Shown here piece after piece: positions 24,750 through 36,396 of a stretch of DNA of 39,599 nucleotides. Source of the DNA: Priapulus caudatus (Eukaryota); contig NW_014577077.1 of assembly GCF_000485595.1 (NCBI RefSeq), positions 289,355-328,953 on the forward strand. Direction: 5' to 3'. Position 1 is the first letter of the stretch. Each line of letters begins with the position of its first letter. The notes beneath the pieces were generated by a model, which saw nothing but the letters and a program-made list of their open reading frames with translations, searched no databases and was not told where the DNA came from. The position numbers and the translations under genes are program-made.

Positions 24750-25871
24750 CTTCAGGCTACTGTACGTGAGAGGTATCCATGATCCGTCCCTCTTGTCGCT
24801 GTGGTTAGATTGCTGAGATTGCGACCTGAAAGACTGCTGGGAACCTGACCTTGGACTGTCAATGCCACTGTCGGGATTGCACTCGCTGGCACCAGAGGGC
24901 GTTGATTCTGCACGCTGCTCGGGCGTGCTGCCCTCCCCACTGTCATTTCTCTGGAAGTTGCCCGAAGGGCGGGCCATTCTGCTGTGTGCATCCGTACCAA
25001 AGTGATTGCTTCTATCTTGTAACGGAGATTCACTGCGAGGAGGGAAACCCGACCGCGTCCTTGGAGGCAGGTAGCCAGACCGCTCAGTTCTAAGATTAAC
25101 GTACGTCGGCTCGTCCCCGACTGCATAGGGGGTTGCTCCCAGTCTGCTCACATAGCTGTAATGTGGCTGGTTGCGTGGCAAGCATACCTTACGATTCTCG
25201 GTATCCGCACCACCGATTTTCACGTGGCCACCATGAGAGATTCGCATTCTTGCTCCTGGTTGAGATTCTCCCCGATCTACAAGTGCAAGCGGACCAGAGG
25301 AAGCTCTTATGCTGGCTCTGTCACGTGATGGACTCAAGGACATGTTCTCGTCTGTGTTCTCCATGCCGGGTCTAGTGCTGTGTGGGCTGAATGACTGCGA
25401 CCTGACCAGAATATCGCGTTGAGTGTCGAAGATGCACTCCGGCTGGTCTAGTCGCATGCTGACGCTGCGAAGTGGCACTTGTCTCTCTCTATAATTTTCG
25501 TGCAAGTTCACAACGTCCGCATTCATGTAGTCTCTACTGGGTTGCGGATAGCTTTTTGACATGCAGCCATAATTTTGATTACTCCACTCGACGCTTGAGT
25601 AGGGAGTATCATAGATGTGATAGCTCGATGCCTGTGCTGTACTCAATGGGTGCCTTGGGGATTCCTCATTAATGCTCGTCAATGGTGACATCACTTTTCC
25701 GCGCGAGTCGATTGTCACGCGCGGTGTAGATATTGGCCGCCTGTGTGCACTAGGGTGTACCAGTTTGACTGGATCTACTCGTTTCCAGTTTGATTGATTC
25801 AGTTGCTGTTGATCATACACTGGCTGGTGTTGGCTTTGCTGGAGGTGGTACAGCTGCTGGTGATCATTTTC

Positions 25872-25909
<38 letters not shown>

Positions 25910-27923
25910 GCCAATGCTGCTGGTGGTGTTGCTGCTGATGTGACTGCTTTCGAGGTTCAGGCATTGTCGACCTTTCATACCCACCACGAACAAATGAATT
26001 TTCATTATCTCTAGCTTCCTGTTGCCACTGATTAGCAACGTCAAGATCCTCAAAATTTACAGACTTCTTCTGTTGTGGAAGTGACGATCGTGAGTTTGCT
26101 CCCCACTGAAAACTATCACCACTTGGCCGGCCACCTGATGGGGTAGGTCGAGATGTAACCCCACACTCCACGGGTGTAAGTTTCTGATCTTCTGAAGCAC
26201 GGTCATACTTGTCACGGCGTGACTGTCGATCAGGTCTGTGTGCAATACCATATCTACTGAGACTACTGGGCTTAACCGCAATCGGCGGATGCTTAGGCTC
26301 AAACTTCGAAACGTCAACAACAGTGTAGTTAAGCTGCTTCACTTCATCTAGCGAAGGCAGACCGGCTTTTCCAGCGCTAGTTTCATGATCGGTGTCTCCA
26401 TTACTGCCTATCTGTGCGTGCGAAAAAGTTGCTTGCGGGTGAGCAGTAATAGGTAGCTTACTGTTACTAGACACTGCTGCAAGTGTTTCCGGTGGCACAG
26501 GCAGCTGCCTTGGCCTAATCGTTTTGATGGTGTTTGAACCAGCAATCAGCTGGTATCGGCTAAAAGGATGCGGCTCAGGCTCAGATTCAATCTTATTATT
26601 AGAAACGTACTCGGACAACTGGCTCTCATGTGCTTGTGACAGTGCTGTATTTTCAGGGCCTGGCATATCACGATCATAACTTTTCTCTGGAGGTGGAGGA
26701 GAGGCAGATTTCTCTGAAGAGCAGCTGTCTACACAATTTTTTAGCTGTTGCTCAACAGCATCGAGGTCTGTGCACTTATATGGCTTTTTGGTAAGTGACT
26801 CATCGACACTCTTTGGGGAGTCAAGTCCGTTGTCTGGACTGGTCTTACCTTTGCATTTGTCAAAGGTTATCGTTATCGTCGTCTTGACTCCAGGGCTCTT
26901 GGAGCGTGACCGCTCTCTGCTAGCTAGTGGGCTGCAAGTCTTACTAGATTTACTGTGACAACCTTCGTCCCCATCTAGCTTCTTCACGTTGATAATATTA
27001 CTATTTACTGATTCTGGTAGCTGCTCCTGGTGATATGGCATCTCGTGATAGTCATTCAATTTTCGCTGCTTATCTTTGGCAATTCCAGCAGAGTTGTCAT
27101 CGTAAACGAATTTCATATGGCGTGTAGCAGGAGCCGTTTTACTGTCTTTGGAATTCTTAGGGCTTTTCGGACTCTTTGGGCTCTTGGGGCTCTTGGGGCT
27201 CTTGGGGCTTTTCGGGTGTTTAAGGAATTTGAAAGAAGTTACCATCTCACTTAAGTGGTCTATTATACCGGACCCGCTACTTCTTGAATCACCATTTCTT
27301 GGTCCTGGTGATTTCTTGATTCCTTTTGTAGACTGTGTATCTTCTCTTCCGGACATGATAGCATTCCTGCCATCTGACCTACCTGAACTCTCCTTTCTTG
27401 AAATACTTTTAATGATTCGCTTTGGTGATGGAAATGGGCTTCTAGATCCTGTTTGCTTCTCTGTTTTACCTGGCTTGGGACTATTACATCCACTACTACT
27501 AGCACTCTCTGTGTCGGCTGTACCTGAAGAGGTCTCTATTTCCTTACCATTCGAACCATGCTTAACATCAGATACATAAACCTGGTCAACGCTTTTACAG
27601 ATATCCAATAAACCACCAGAGTCCTTACTGGTTGGGCTCGTGTTACTATTTTTTCTCAGATGTTCAGGGGACCTCGGGCAGCACTTGCAATCGATTCCAT
27701 GCGTTACGATGTCATCGTCGGGGTTCGAAGCCATGGAAACAATTCGGGGTTTCCTCTCATTTGGCGAGAAGTCAGGCAGTTGTTGAACTGAATGCGTGTC
27801 ATTATTGACTGGTGAGCCAGCAGGCGACAGGCCTTCGCAACTGTCCACACTTGCTTCTTCACTAGGGTTGAGCGTTGAAGGAGGGCCTGCACAGATCTGT
27901 GTAGCTGGAATCTTAGAAGGCAT
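24750..27923 (-). CDS. Giant (3174-bp) coding exon; ~1058-aa Ser/Pro/Gln-rich, probably disordered N-terminal region of an unidentified signalling or scaffold protein
   Basis: Only long ORF in the window (track 24693-27932). First in-frame ATG at 27923, with an in-frame TGA upstream at 27962-60. Polypyrimidine acceptor ttttctgtttttgttctag ends at 27966; donor AAG|gtagga at 24750/24749. Internal repeats are in-frame triplet multiples. No recognisable folded domain. Confidence 0.88.
25872..25910 (-). repeat. (CAA)13 coding polyglutamine tract
   Basis: Pure (TTG)13 on the + strand, in frame. Confidence 0.95.
27156..27209 (-). repeat. 9-bp coding repeat encoding tandem Ser-Pro-Lys (6 units read from the DNA)
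   Basis: agc ccc aag units that differ only at synonymous positions. Confidence 0.9.
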
Positions 27924-28551
27924 GCCTTTCACGGAAAAATCTGCATGCTGTGAATACTGTCACCTCTAGAACAAAAACAGAAAAGCTGTTGACGTGACTG
28001 GCTCAGTTATGACCACAGCACGTGTGAAGGGACTTTCACAGTGCCTTCGAATCATACAATGGAAAATGACTGGCGCAGCTGGCTTCTGCTGTTGTTGCTG
28101 CTGTTTCACAATGCTTCTACAAATCAAAACATTTTACTTTAATATACACACACGACAGCTGTATTTTACCATCTGCTTTTTTCCGTTTCCATGTTCTCTA
28201 GGAAGAAATGTTAGCATGACCCTAATTTAGACCGAGTTTAGCATCAACTTGAGAGATAGACCACACATAAATTGGTGCTACGGCAGCAGGGGAATTGATA
28301 TAATATACGTGACAAGTGTGTGACAGTGGGAGCAAGACACTGTGTGTGAATGACAGTAATAGTGAAGGATATACAAAGAATAAAATTAAGAGGGAGAGTG
28401 TAACTGTAAGTTCAAGGAAGGTGGACGTGGTAGGAAGAGGAGTAGGAGTGCACTAGCCAGTAGCTGCTGCAGTCAAGCTGATATGTACAGCAGATGAGAT
28501 GATTAATACTGTGAGTGAATGAATGAGTATATATGTCTCTGTGTGCGGGCG

Positions 28552-28815
28552 GCGAAATTTTTTTCCCCACTTGAGTTCCGGACCACAGCCAATCAGCGCA
28601 CTCCATTCCAAGCAACAATGTAAAATGAATACTCACTATCCCTAACCCTAACCAAAGAGCTTATAATGATCATTATAAGCTCTTTGCCCTAACCCTAACC
28701 CTAACACGTATCCGAACCCTAACACTAACTATAATCCAACCATATATATATGAACCATATATTACAAAACACTATCTATGGTGGGTCCGGAACTCAAGTG
28801 GGAAAAAAAATTCGC
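28552..28815. mobile_element. 264-bp MULE/MuDR-like MITE carrying (CCCTAA)n
   Basis: ~33-bp TIR GCGAAATTTTTTTCCCCACTTGAGTTCCGGACC. Perfect 9-bp TSD GTGCGGGCG (28543-51, 28816-24). CCCTAA units at ~28640-28730. Confidence 0.9.
28653..28686. mobile_element. 34-bp perfect palindrome; probable P-superfamily excision footprint
   Basis: CAAAGAGCTTATAATGA|TCATTATAAGCTCTTTG (17+17), flanked by CCCTAAC on both sides. Confidence 0.7.
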
Positions 28816-28831
28816 GTGCGGGCGTGTAAGA

Positions 28832-28910
28832 GTGCGTGCTTGCGTGCGTGCGTGCGTGCGTGCATGCGTACGTGCGTGCGTTCGTGTGTGCGTGCGTGCT
28901 TGCGTGTGTG
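28832..28910. repeat. (GCGT)n microsatellite
   Basis: Direct tandem repeats. Confidence 0.9.
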
Positions 28911-30910
28911 GCTATTGTGAAAGACGCCTTAATTATCCTGACGTAAGATGCTGCTAACAAAACGATTTTTAGATAGCACGTCTACGTAGACACGTCTACG
29001 TGCGTCGCTTGATTTAAATTCAGTTAAATCAATAGTACTAGCAGTGGGGTAAGTCAGTGAATTATTGGGTGCGTGAGTGTATGCGTGCGCCAGCGCGTGC
29101 ATATACCTTTGTTACAATGCTATGTGCCACAATGTATTTCACTATTTAGCAATAACGATGCAGGAATATTACTAGACGACAGGTGCCCGATGTCCTATTT
29201 GATGAATACGAATCACGAATGTCCTTTAATTGGCTCGTGATATTTTGCGACACAGTTATTGAGATACGAATGCTATAAAAATGTAGACCATCCATTCCAT
29301 AATTTAATAACCACGTCGTGACTAAAGACTCAGGACCAAGCTTTCGCATATGGTTTACCAGTGACCATCCAAAACTGTGTATGATACTCAAACGGTGGTT
29401 TCTCCAATATGGCGCCGACTCCGAGCAAACACGATGACCTGAATGGGGGTCGCAGCTAAAAACGACGAGATCGACCATGGATCGAAATGATGTACTGCAG
29501 TGCTTTAGACAAACACGAGAAAGCCACCTGTAGAGTACCTGCCTACATTATTGAAGCTAAGGCAGTAGATTCAAGGGGTAGCCCACGCGACGCAGTCGGT
29601 TGTCAGCTAGGGTCATGCGGGAGCATGCCCACACTCATGCATTTTTAGCGCAAAATAGTACAATTATGACCACATAACATCCTCAGTGGAACTATGTAAT
29701 TTATAAACAAAGTTCACGTGTACAGTGCGGCAGAAAAGCAATTAAAATCGATAGCTTTTGCAATCGGAACGACAAGCCGTACGAAACGCTAAGGGTGGCA
29801 GCAAGGTACGCGGTACGAAAGTCTGTATAGATGTGTGGACGTGGTTATACTCAAATATATATGTAAAACCTTTAGTACATCAAACGTTTGAAATTATTCC
29901 TGGATGAAACAATAACTGAAATAGAAAACCAATAATTGAACAATAGAACATTAACGACTTCCATAGAATACCGACGTACAAAGTAATCAATTAATTGTTA
30001 TGTCTGATATCTGTTTAGTAGGCCTACTTTATAAATACTCACATGCGTATACAGAGTAAATATTTGATATTGTAAATGGAAGCTGGATATAATTTTTGAT
30101 TTCTACAAAAAAAAAAATCTTTTCTCAATGTAATACATACGCATAACTGCACGTTCGAAAATGACAGAAAACGTGAATTTATGGGCTGTCACTACTTTGC
30201 GATTAATGCTCATGATCACGTGATCAGATGACAGATCTGCGCGCAAAACGTATAAATAGTGCCTACATTGGAGATAAATCGTGTGAATTATCATCTCTAA
30301 TGGAATGAGCTCCCTCAGAGGACATTCCCAAGCGGATGACACTATTCACACTGTTCACACCATTTTCGAGAAATGCGTCACTGTGTCACAAATATGCGCG
30401 CAGCTGATGCAACACAAGTAGGGTATCTGCAGTTTAAATATGAAATCTACGCCCCCCCCCCCAACTCTTAATATATACTGTACTGTAGCAATAGGTTTGA
30501 CGGTACGCACAGACGTGAAGGCGAAGGATAAATATATTTCAATGGAATATAATTTAAGTATAATTTTGGTCGCTACAATACAGTGCTCTCTAATATTCTA
30601 ATGACTAACAACCATTGTGTATGATCTTTACATGGATAAATCTACTATAATGCTTAGAACTGCGTACGAGATTCGGTTTTTTTGCTCGTCTGTCATGACA
30701 ACGTATATGAGTTGCCTTGTTGATATATACATATTCATACATAGTAATATTCGACGTAATATTCGATAAAATTAATATTTATAAATGTTGGTAATATATA
30801 GTAATTTGCTAAATCCCCGATGATTGAGATAACAGAGCAATCTACAGAGCGTGAAGTCTAACAAGCAAGCACTCTGTTTATCAATCAGCTAGGACACAAT
30901 TTTTTCCTCC

Positions 30911-30988
30911 GTGCGTTCGTGCGCGCGTGCGTGTGTGCACCCGCGTTCGTGCGTACGTTCGTGCGTGTGTACGCGCGTGCATATCCAC

Positions 30989-31028
<40 letters not shown>

Positions 31029-31030
31029 CA
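30911..31030. repeat. (GCGT)n plus (AT)n compound microsatellite
   Basis: Direct tandem repeats. Confidence 0.85.
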
Positions 31031-32311
31031 TATTCATGGACTAATAATATTATAAATTTGTTTATTATGTAGGAACAAGATAAGCAGCTTTCTCTTGTCA
31101 GGTTTGGGATACCACACCATTTTCTAACAACAGTCCCGACACGCATGGCTTTCTATCACTAGTCTTCTATTACTAGTTCACTAGTACTATCATTAGTAGT
31201 TCTATTAAAGTCCATAAGACATGTGAGACTACCCAATGTACAGTCACGTGTGACAGAAGGATAATGAGAAGGGGTTGGCTTGCGAGATGGCGCAGGATGC
31301 AGTAAGATATATAACGAGAGGAATGATGAGTAGGGGCATATAAAGAAAATGGTGGAAGTTGTGTTTAAGTGGGGGGGGGGCACTGTGGGGTGAGTGTGAA
31401 CAGAAAGATTGCAAATAGGGTGCATCACTAGGCGAATTTACAGATATGCATGATACAGTCCTCTTCCATGCATGCAGATGGTGACTCCCCCGATGCGTTC
31501 TTTCAACCCATTCCTTCTTGCTATACCTCACCCCTCCTACCCATGCCCGCATCTACTTCTGCCCCACTTATTGCGTGTGGGCGCTGCACACGACCAAGCG
31601 CATGATTGTGCAGCACATGCTTATTGGTCAATGACCAGAAAATCTTTCATGATTCACTTGGTCCAATGGACAAGGGGTGATTTCAGTCATTCGCAGCCGA
31701 TCAAGACTTTTGACCATCTAGTTGGTTGTTTCTGAGTTTATGTTTCTATGGTAATATTGCACACGTGGAATTTTTTAATCAAAGAAATGAGCTATAGTGT
31801 GTACACCACCTACACCTCATACCAAGGAAGACTATAATTAACTATTCGGTGAAAATATTTTGCCACCTGCGAAATTCATGCAAATTGAGAAAATAAGAAA
31901 AACCATATGATGCCCTGCGATTTGCAAAAAAACATATAGTTACATTCCTTACTGTCTACACGTTTTACTATTGTTCTATAATCATTTCCAATACAACTAT
32001 ACAGTATCAATAGGTGTCACATATGATAATGATTTGTTTATTTTACGCTGTCCACCTGGGTTCACTTTTAAAATTAATTAATGTAATTAAATTGCTTTCA
32101 CTGGTATTTTAATTACACTAACAACAGCTTTATAGGTGTTATGTTAATAGAGCTCCTAAGTAGTATATGGCCATGTATGTACATGTTCTATTTCATTTTC
32201 CCAAACCTATTGAACTTTGTAAAAAGTGGACAAATAATATATTGCTGCACATTCATATTTATTGTAAGTTAACGATAAATATTAAATATATAACGGACAC
32301 GTCAATTTTGT

Positions 32312-33040
32312 CAAGAGCATATAAAGAAGGAGAGCGTACAACGGTAAAATGATGAAACCATGTTGCAGTATTAGTCGAATTAATAAACTTTCCCCGTGCT
32401 ATTTTGACGATTCTTTGCAGTATTATTGATCAGCTGTCCTACCTTGTTCATATAAAACAAACCGCATGTCCCTACGATGCACATACGCTGAGATAATGAG
32501 CGGTGAAAATCTGGTATTTTCGCCGAACACCGACTAGACATTAGTCAATACTGCGACCCTCTCTCGAAGTGTGGCCAGTGTGTTGCTTCCGGTCGCCGCT
32601 GTGTAGCGCCATAGTGGCGCTGACTCACGTCATACTACCAGAGTTTACTATACATCCAGCGTGAGGTGGGCGTGAGGTGGGCACAGATGGGGGTCATCAC
32701 TATGGTAATCAATAACAGACGTCATTCATTCCATTTGTCAATCATTGACGGAAACACGCGAGGTTTACCGAAGTTATAACACTTCGAGAGACAGTCACAG
32801 TAACTGACTGATCTCGAGACAGTTTTCGGCGAAAATGCCAGATTTTCACCGCTCATTATCACAGCGTATGGGCATCGTAGGGACACGCGGTTTGTTTTAT
32901 ATGAACAAGGTAGGACAGCTGATCAATAATACTGCAAAGAATCGTCAAAATAACACGGGGAAAGTTTATTAATTCGACTAATACTACAACATGGTTTCAG
33001 CATTTTACCGTTGTAGGCTCTCCTTCTTTATATGCTCTTG
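32312..33040. mobile_element. 729-bp foldback MITE, P/Galileo-like
   Basis: Termini CAAGAGCATATAAAGAAGGAGAG...CTCTCCTTCTTTATATGCTCTTG, ~215-bp inverted arms, perfect 7-bp TSD ATTTTGT (32305-11, 33041-47). Confidence 0.9.
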
Positions 33041-34220
33041 ATTTTGTGTATCTGTTCATATTGCGAATCAATTTTCATACATAGTAATAGTATACCTGCT
33101 ACATACGCATTTACCAACTGACACGAAAATTAAAAATGACATGGCAAAGCAAGATAGCCACCGGCGGTGGTTTTTCTCAAATGCTTATCATCTAATAGTA
33201 ATGTACTGAAAGCGTTAATATTAATCGATGAGCGTAAGCTCAGGCTAGTCACATTCGATGCAGACATAAAATTATGTGTGTTCTGTGTCACACGTGTACA
33301 GTAGAACAATAACGAGAGATTATAGTTACGCCCGACTTACAACCAGACATAGACATGGAAGCAGAACAGGATCACGACGAAGACACCTAAAAGGTCTTCA
33401 ATTGTCTGCAACAAGACTCAATTGAAACGGCGCAAAGAAACTAAGTGCAATGCGTATCTGCGACATGTACCGTCAAGTTCACGGTGTATAGATAATTTCC
33501 TATAGAAATGTATCCACGACGTGCCAACTTACAGTTCAACAACATGGTTAGCAGACCTCGTTAGTGCAGAATCTAGAAATGCTTATCACCGACAGCCAGT
33601 TTCACGCGATGGCGATTGCAATCCCAGGTCAAAGAGCTGGAGAGTTTTTGACAGGAAATATGATGCAATGGAACTTTATTGATTAGTTCTACCACCTGCA
33701 TTATTACAAGCGTACTTATATTTACCATAATACATAAATTACTTATTCCAGTATAGTATAATAAACAGAAGAGCAGTCCAGCTTACCAGTACACATGGGA
33801 CTACAGTTAATTTACTTCAAGTGTATAGTTTGTCCAAGATTTAGACAAAAAGCTGCCAGTGAAGTTGTCAACATTCAATGCAGCAATCAAATCATATGGA
33901 AGCTTAGACTGCAAAAACTAAAAGTGAAAATGAAGTAATAGTCAATAGGGGATCTCATGTTTACTTAACATTAGATATTCAAACAAAAACCGAAACAATT
34001 CCCAAAACTGGGTACCTGTGAACCTGGGCACCTGGGTAGCTGTTCTACAATAGTGCCTTTATCTGGTGGCAAATAGGTGTCAAGAAAGTGACCGTTTTCA
34101 GTTAAATATCTTCAAGGTAAATATCTACGATTCTGGAACTGCTAATATTACTATTAGCTATAAAACAGACTTAAAGTTATTCTATTTCAACATAAATGAC
34201 CAGAGGGAAGTAAATTGTAA

Positions 34221-34654
34221 AGGCCGGCGCACACCTAAAAAGATTTTCCCAGAAATCGGTCCGATTAAAAACCTCTTCATCGTTTGTAAAATCGGCTCAG
34301 CGCGCCGCCGTCCGATAAACACCCGCACACCTACGATAAAATTGATTATTTTGTTCTGCAAGAATGCATTTTGAATGTCACGTGACACGGGCACGTTCAG
34401 CTATTGGCTGTTCAATATTTATCGTAGAGGATTTTTCTGGGTTCACACGCACACTACAAAATCTTGTCGGATTACAAAAAATCGCTTCAAAATAATCCGT
34501 TCAAAATCAAACATGTTTGATTTGGAACGATCACCCGATAAAAATAATCGTAAGTAAAATCGTCTACAAATGAACGCGCACACCTACCCGATATCGGCTG
34601 ATTTTTATCGGGCCTATCAAATCGCGTAATAAATCGGCTGGTGTGCGCCGGCCT
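34221..34654. mobile_element. 434-bp PIF/Harbinger-like MITE
   Basis: Perfect TIR AGGCCGGCGCACACC...GGTGTGCGCCGGCCT. Flanks are TAA/TTA (alternatively a TA TSD with ends 1 bp longer). Repeated CCGAT/ATCGG and CGCACACCTA motifs. Confidence 0.8.
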
Positions 34655-34924
34655 TTAGGGGGTTTCATCTTCTGCGACACATTGTAAAACCTAAAAACAA
34701 TGTATAAACATGAAGCTCAAAATGGACATATGGAAAGTACAGTATTTTAAACCCGTTAGTAATTGGACGTAATATGTTTGCGTGGATATAACTATGATTG
34801 CCAGGTCACAGTTGCGTGGCAGCAGTGTAGGTACATATATCGATAATACTTGGTGCTATGACACTCTACTGTGACTATATAGGCGGTTTGTCAGTAAACT
34901 ACGTATCATGGTTGTGTCTATTGC

Positions 34925-34929
34925 ATATA

Positions 34930-34972
<43 letters not shown>
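34925..34972. repeat. (AT)n microsatellite
   Basis: Direct tandem repeats. Confidence 0.9.
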
Positions 34973-34973
<1 letters not shown>

Positions 34974-36220
34974 CCTATAAGTATAGTAACAGTGTACATT
35001 TTTATTTCTCACTACAATCTATAGAAATTGATGGGAAATTACGCATCGATAGTGACAACAGTGGCGCAATGACAGTGAATTATATTATTACCACAAATTG
35101 TACTTGTTTCAAGTAACTACACTCTAGACCCAGGTTTTCATGGATGATTTAGGTATATACATAAATATTTCATATAGCTATTCAATCTAACCACTGTCAC
35201 GTAATGTGCATTCTTAATTTTGACATTCACGATGCACTCTGCCTACTCGCTTAAAACATAGATATTACCCCATCCTTCATTTTTTTTTAACTACGCAAAG
35301 TTGCATGACAAAAAGAATCTCAGTTCATTTGGCCCTAATAGTGCCTACCATTGAATGACCTGCGGCCAGATACCATGACAAAATAGCTACTGAAACTAAA
35401 TTAACCATGTAGCTATGAAATTCGTGTGAAGTAGGAGACAGCTATAGGACTGCAGTAGGTACACAGCTTATTTGCGCTTGACTAAACTGCTACGAATATA
35501 GGCAAAATCATCTGCCCCTCCTGATATCTCCACCCCCAGGTCGAGTTCAATAAGATGGAATATACTGAGATAACGAAGCTAAAAAAAACAATGGTAACTC
35601 TTCTCATTATAGGTATTCGTTAGACGGTTCCATACCATATACTTATCGCGAAAAAAGACGAGGTCCAGTTCTAACAATAGGAGGGTGAACACTGATTGGT
35701 GGAAATTGGACAGAATTATTTCAAGGGTTGATGAGCCCCGAATATTAATTTGGGAGTTACGTGATCAGGTAAACAACTCTGGGAATCACAATGTTGGCCT
35801 CCTACTAGTACTGCCGAACTGCCAAGTGGCGCCCACATGAGCCTATTCGGTATTTCATGCAACTTCTTCAGTACCAACCATGTACCCAACATGGACATTC
35901 CATAAGCATAATGACTCTAAATTTGTAAAGAGAGTGGAACTTTGGCTCGCCGTTTTAAGCGTAAAATAGCGAGACGAACTGTAGATATTAGAGGTTTGTT
36001 TTATTCACAAGTGCCGTAAGCGAATATTGGCCCAGCTTTCGCGATTATGTAGTTGTATATTTCTATAATTTATATATTTCTTATTATATTTCAACTTATC
36101 ATATATGACACTTTCATGAAATAATTGTCTCTATATCCGAAACCACATAAATTATAGAGGTATTCTGAATCGAATCATTGATACTTAAAAACATCAGATG
36201 AATGTGTGTTTTGATTAAAC

Positions 36221-36230
36221 AATAATAATA

Positions 36231-36284
<54 letters not shown>

Positions 36285-36320
36285 GTGATGATGATAATAA
36301 TAATTACAACAACAATAATA
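36221..36320. repeat. (AAT)n-(GAT)n trinucleotide microsatellite
   Basis: Direct tandem repeats; not within a long ORF. Confidence 0.95.
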
Positions 36321-36396
36321 AGTTGCTTGTCGTCAACGCGTCAAATTCTACACTCATCATTTACTGGTGATTAGCAGAAGCTATTCCGCAAAGCCA

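Noticed and set aside
24752..27892. Short ORFs overlapping the giant exon (e.g. 27148-27579 LGL repeat, 25790-26014 polyV, 25799-26053 polyN)
   Set aside because: Antisense or alternate-frame shadows of the real CDS and its repeats.
33156..33175. Hairpin CCACC-GGC-GGTGG plus T-run resembling an intrinsic terminator
   Set aside because: A 5-bp stem, no upstream gene and eukaryotic DNA; expected by chance.
33527..33660. Possible upstream exon ending AACT|GTAAGT on the minus strand
   Set aside because: A donor hexamer alone is weak evidence, and its short ATG frame hits a stop when joined to either candidate acceptor.
35827..35837. TGGCGCCCA resembling a tRNA-Lys primer-binding site
   Set aside because: Match is too short, with no LTR or gag/pol remnant nearby.
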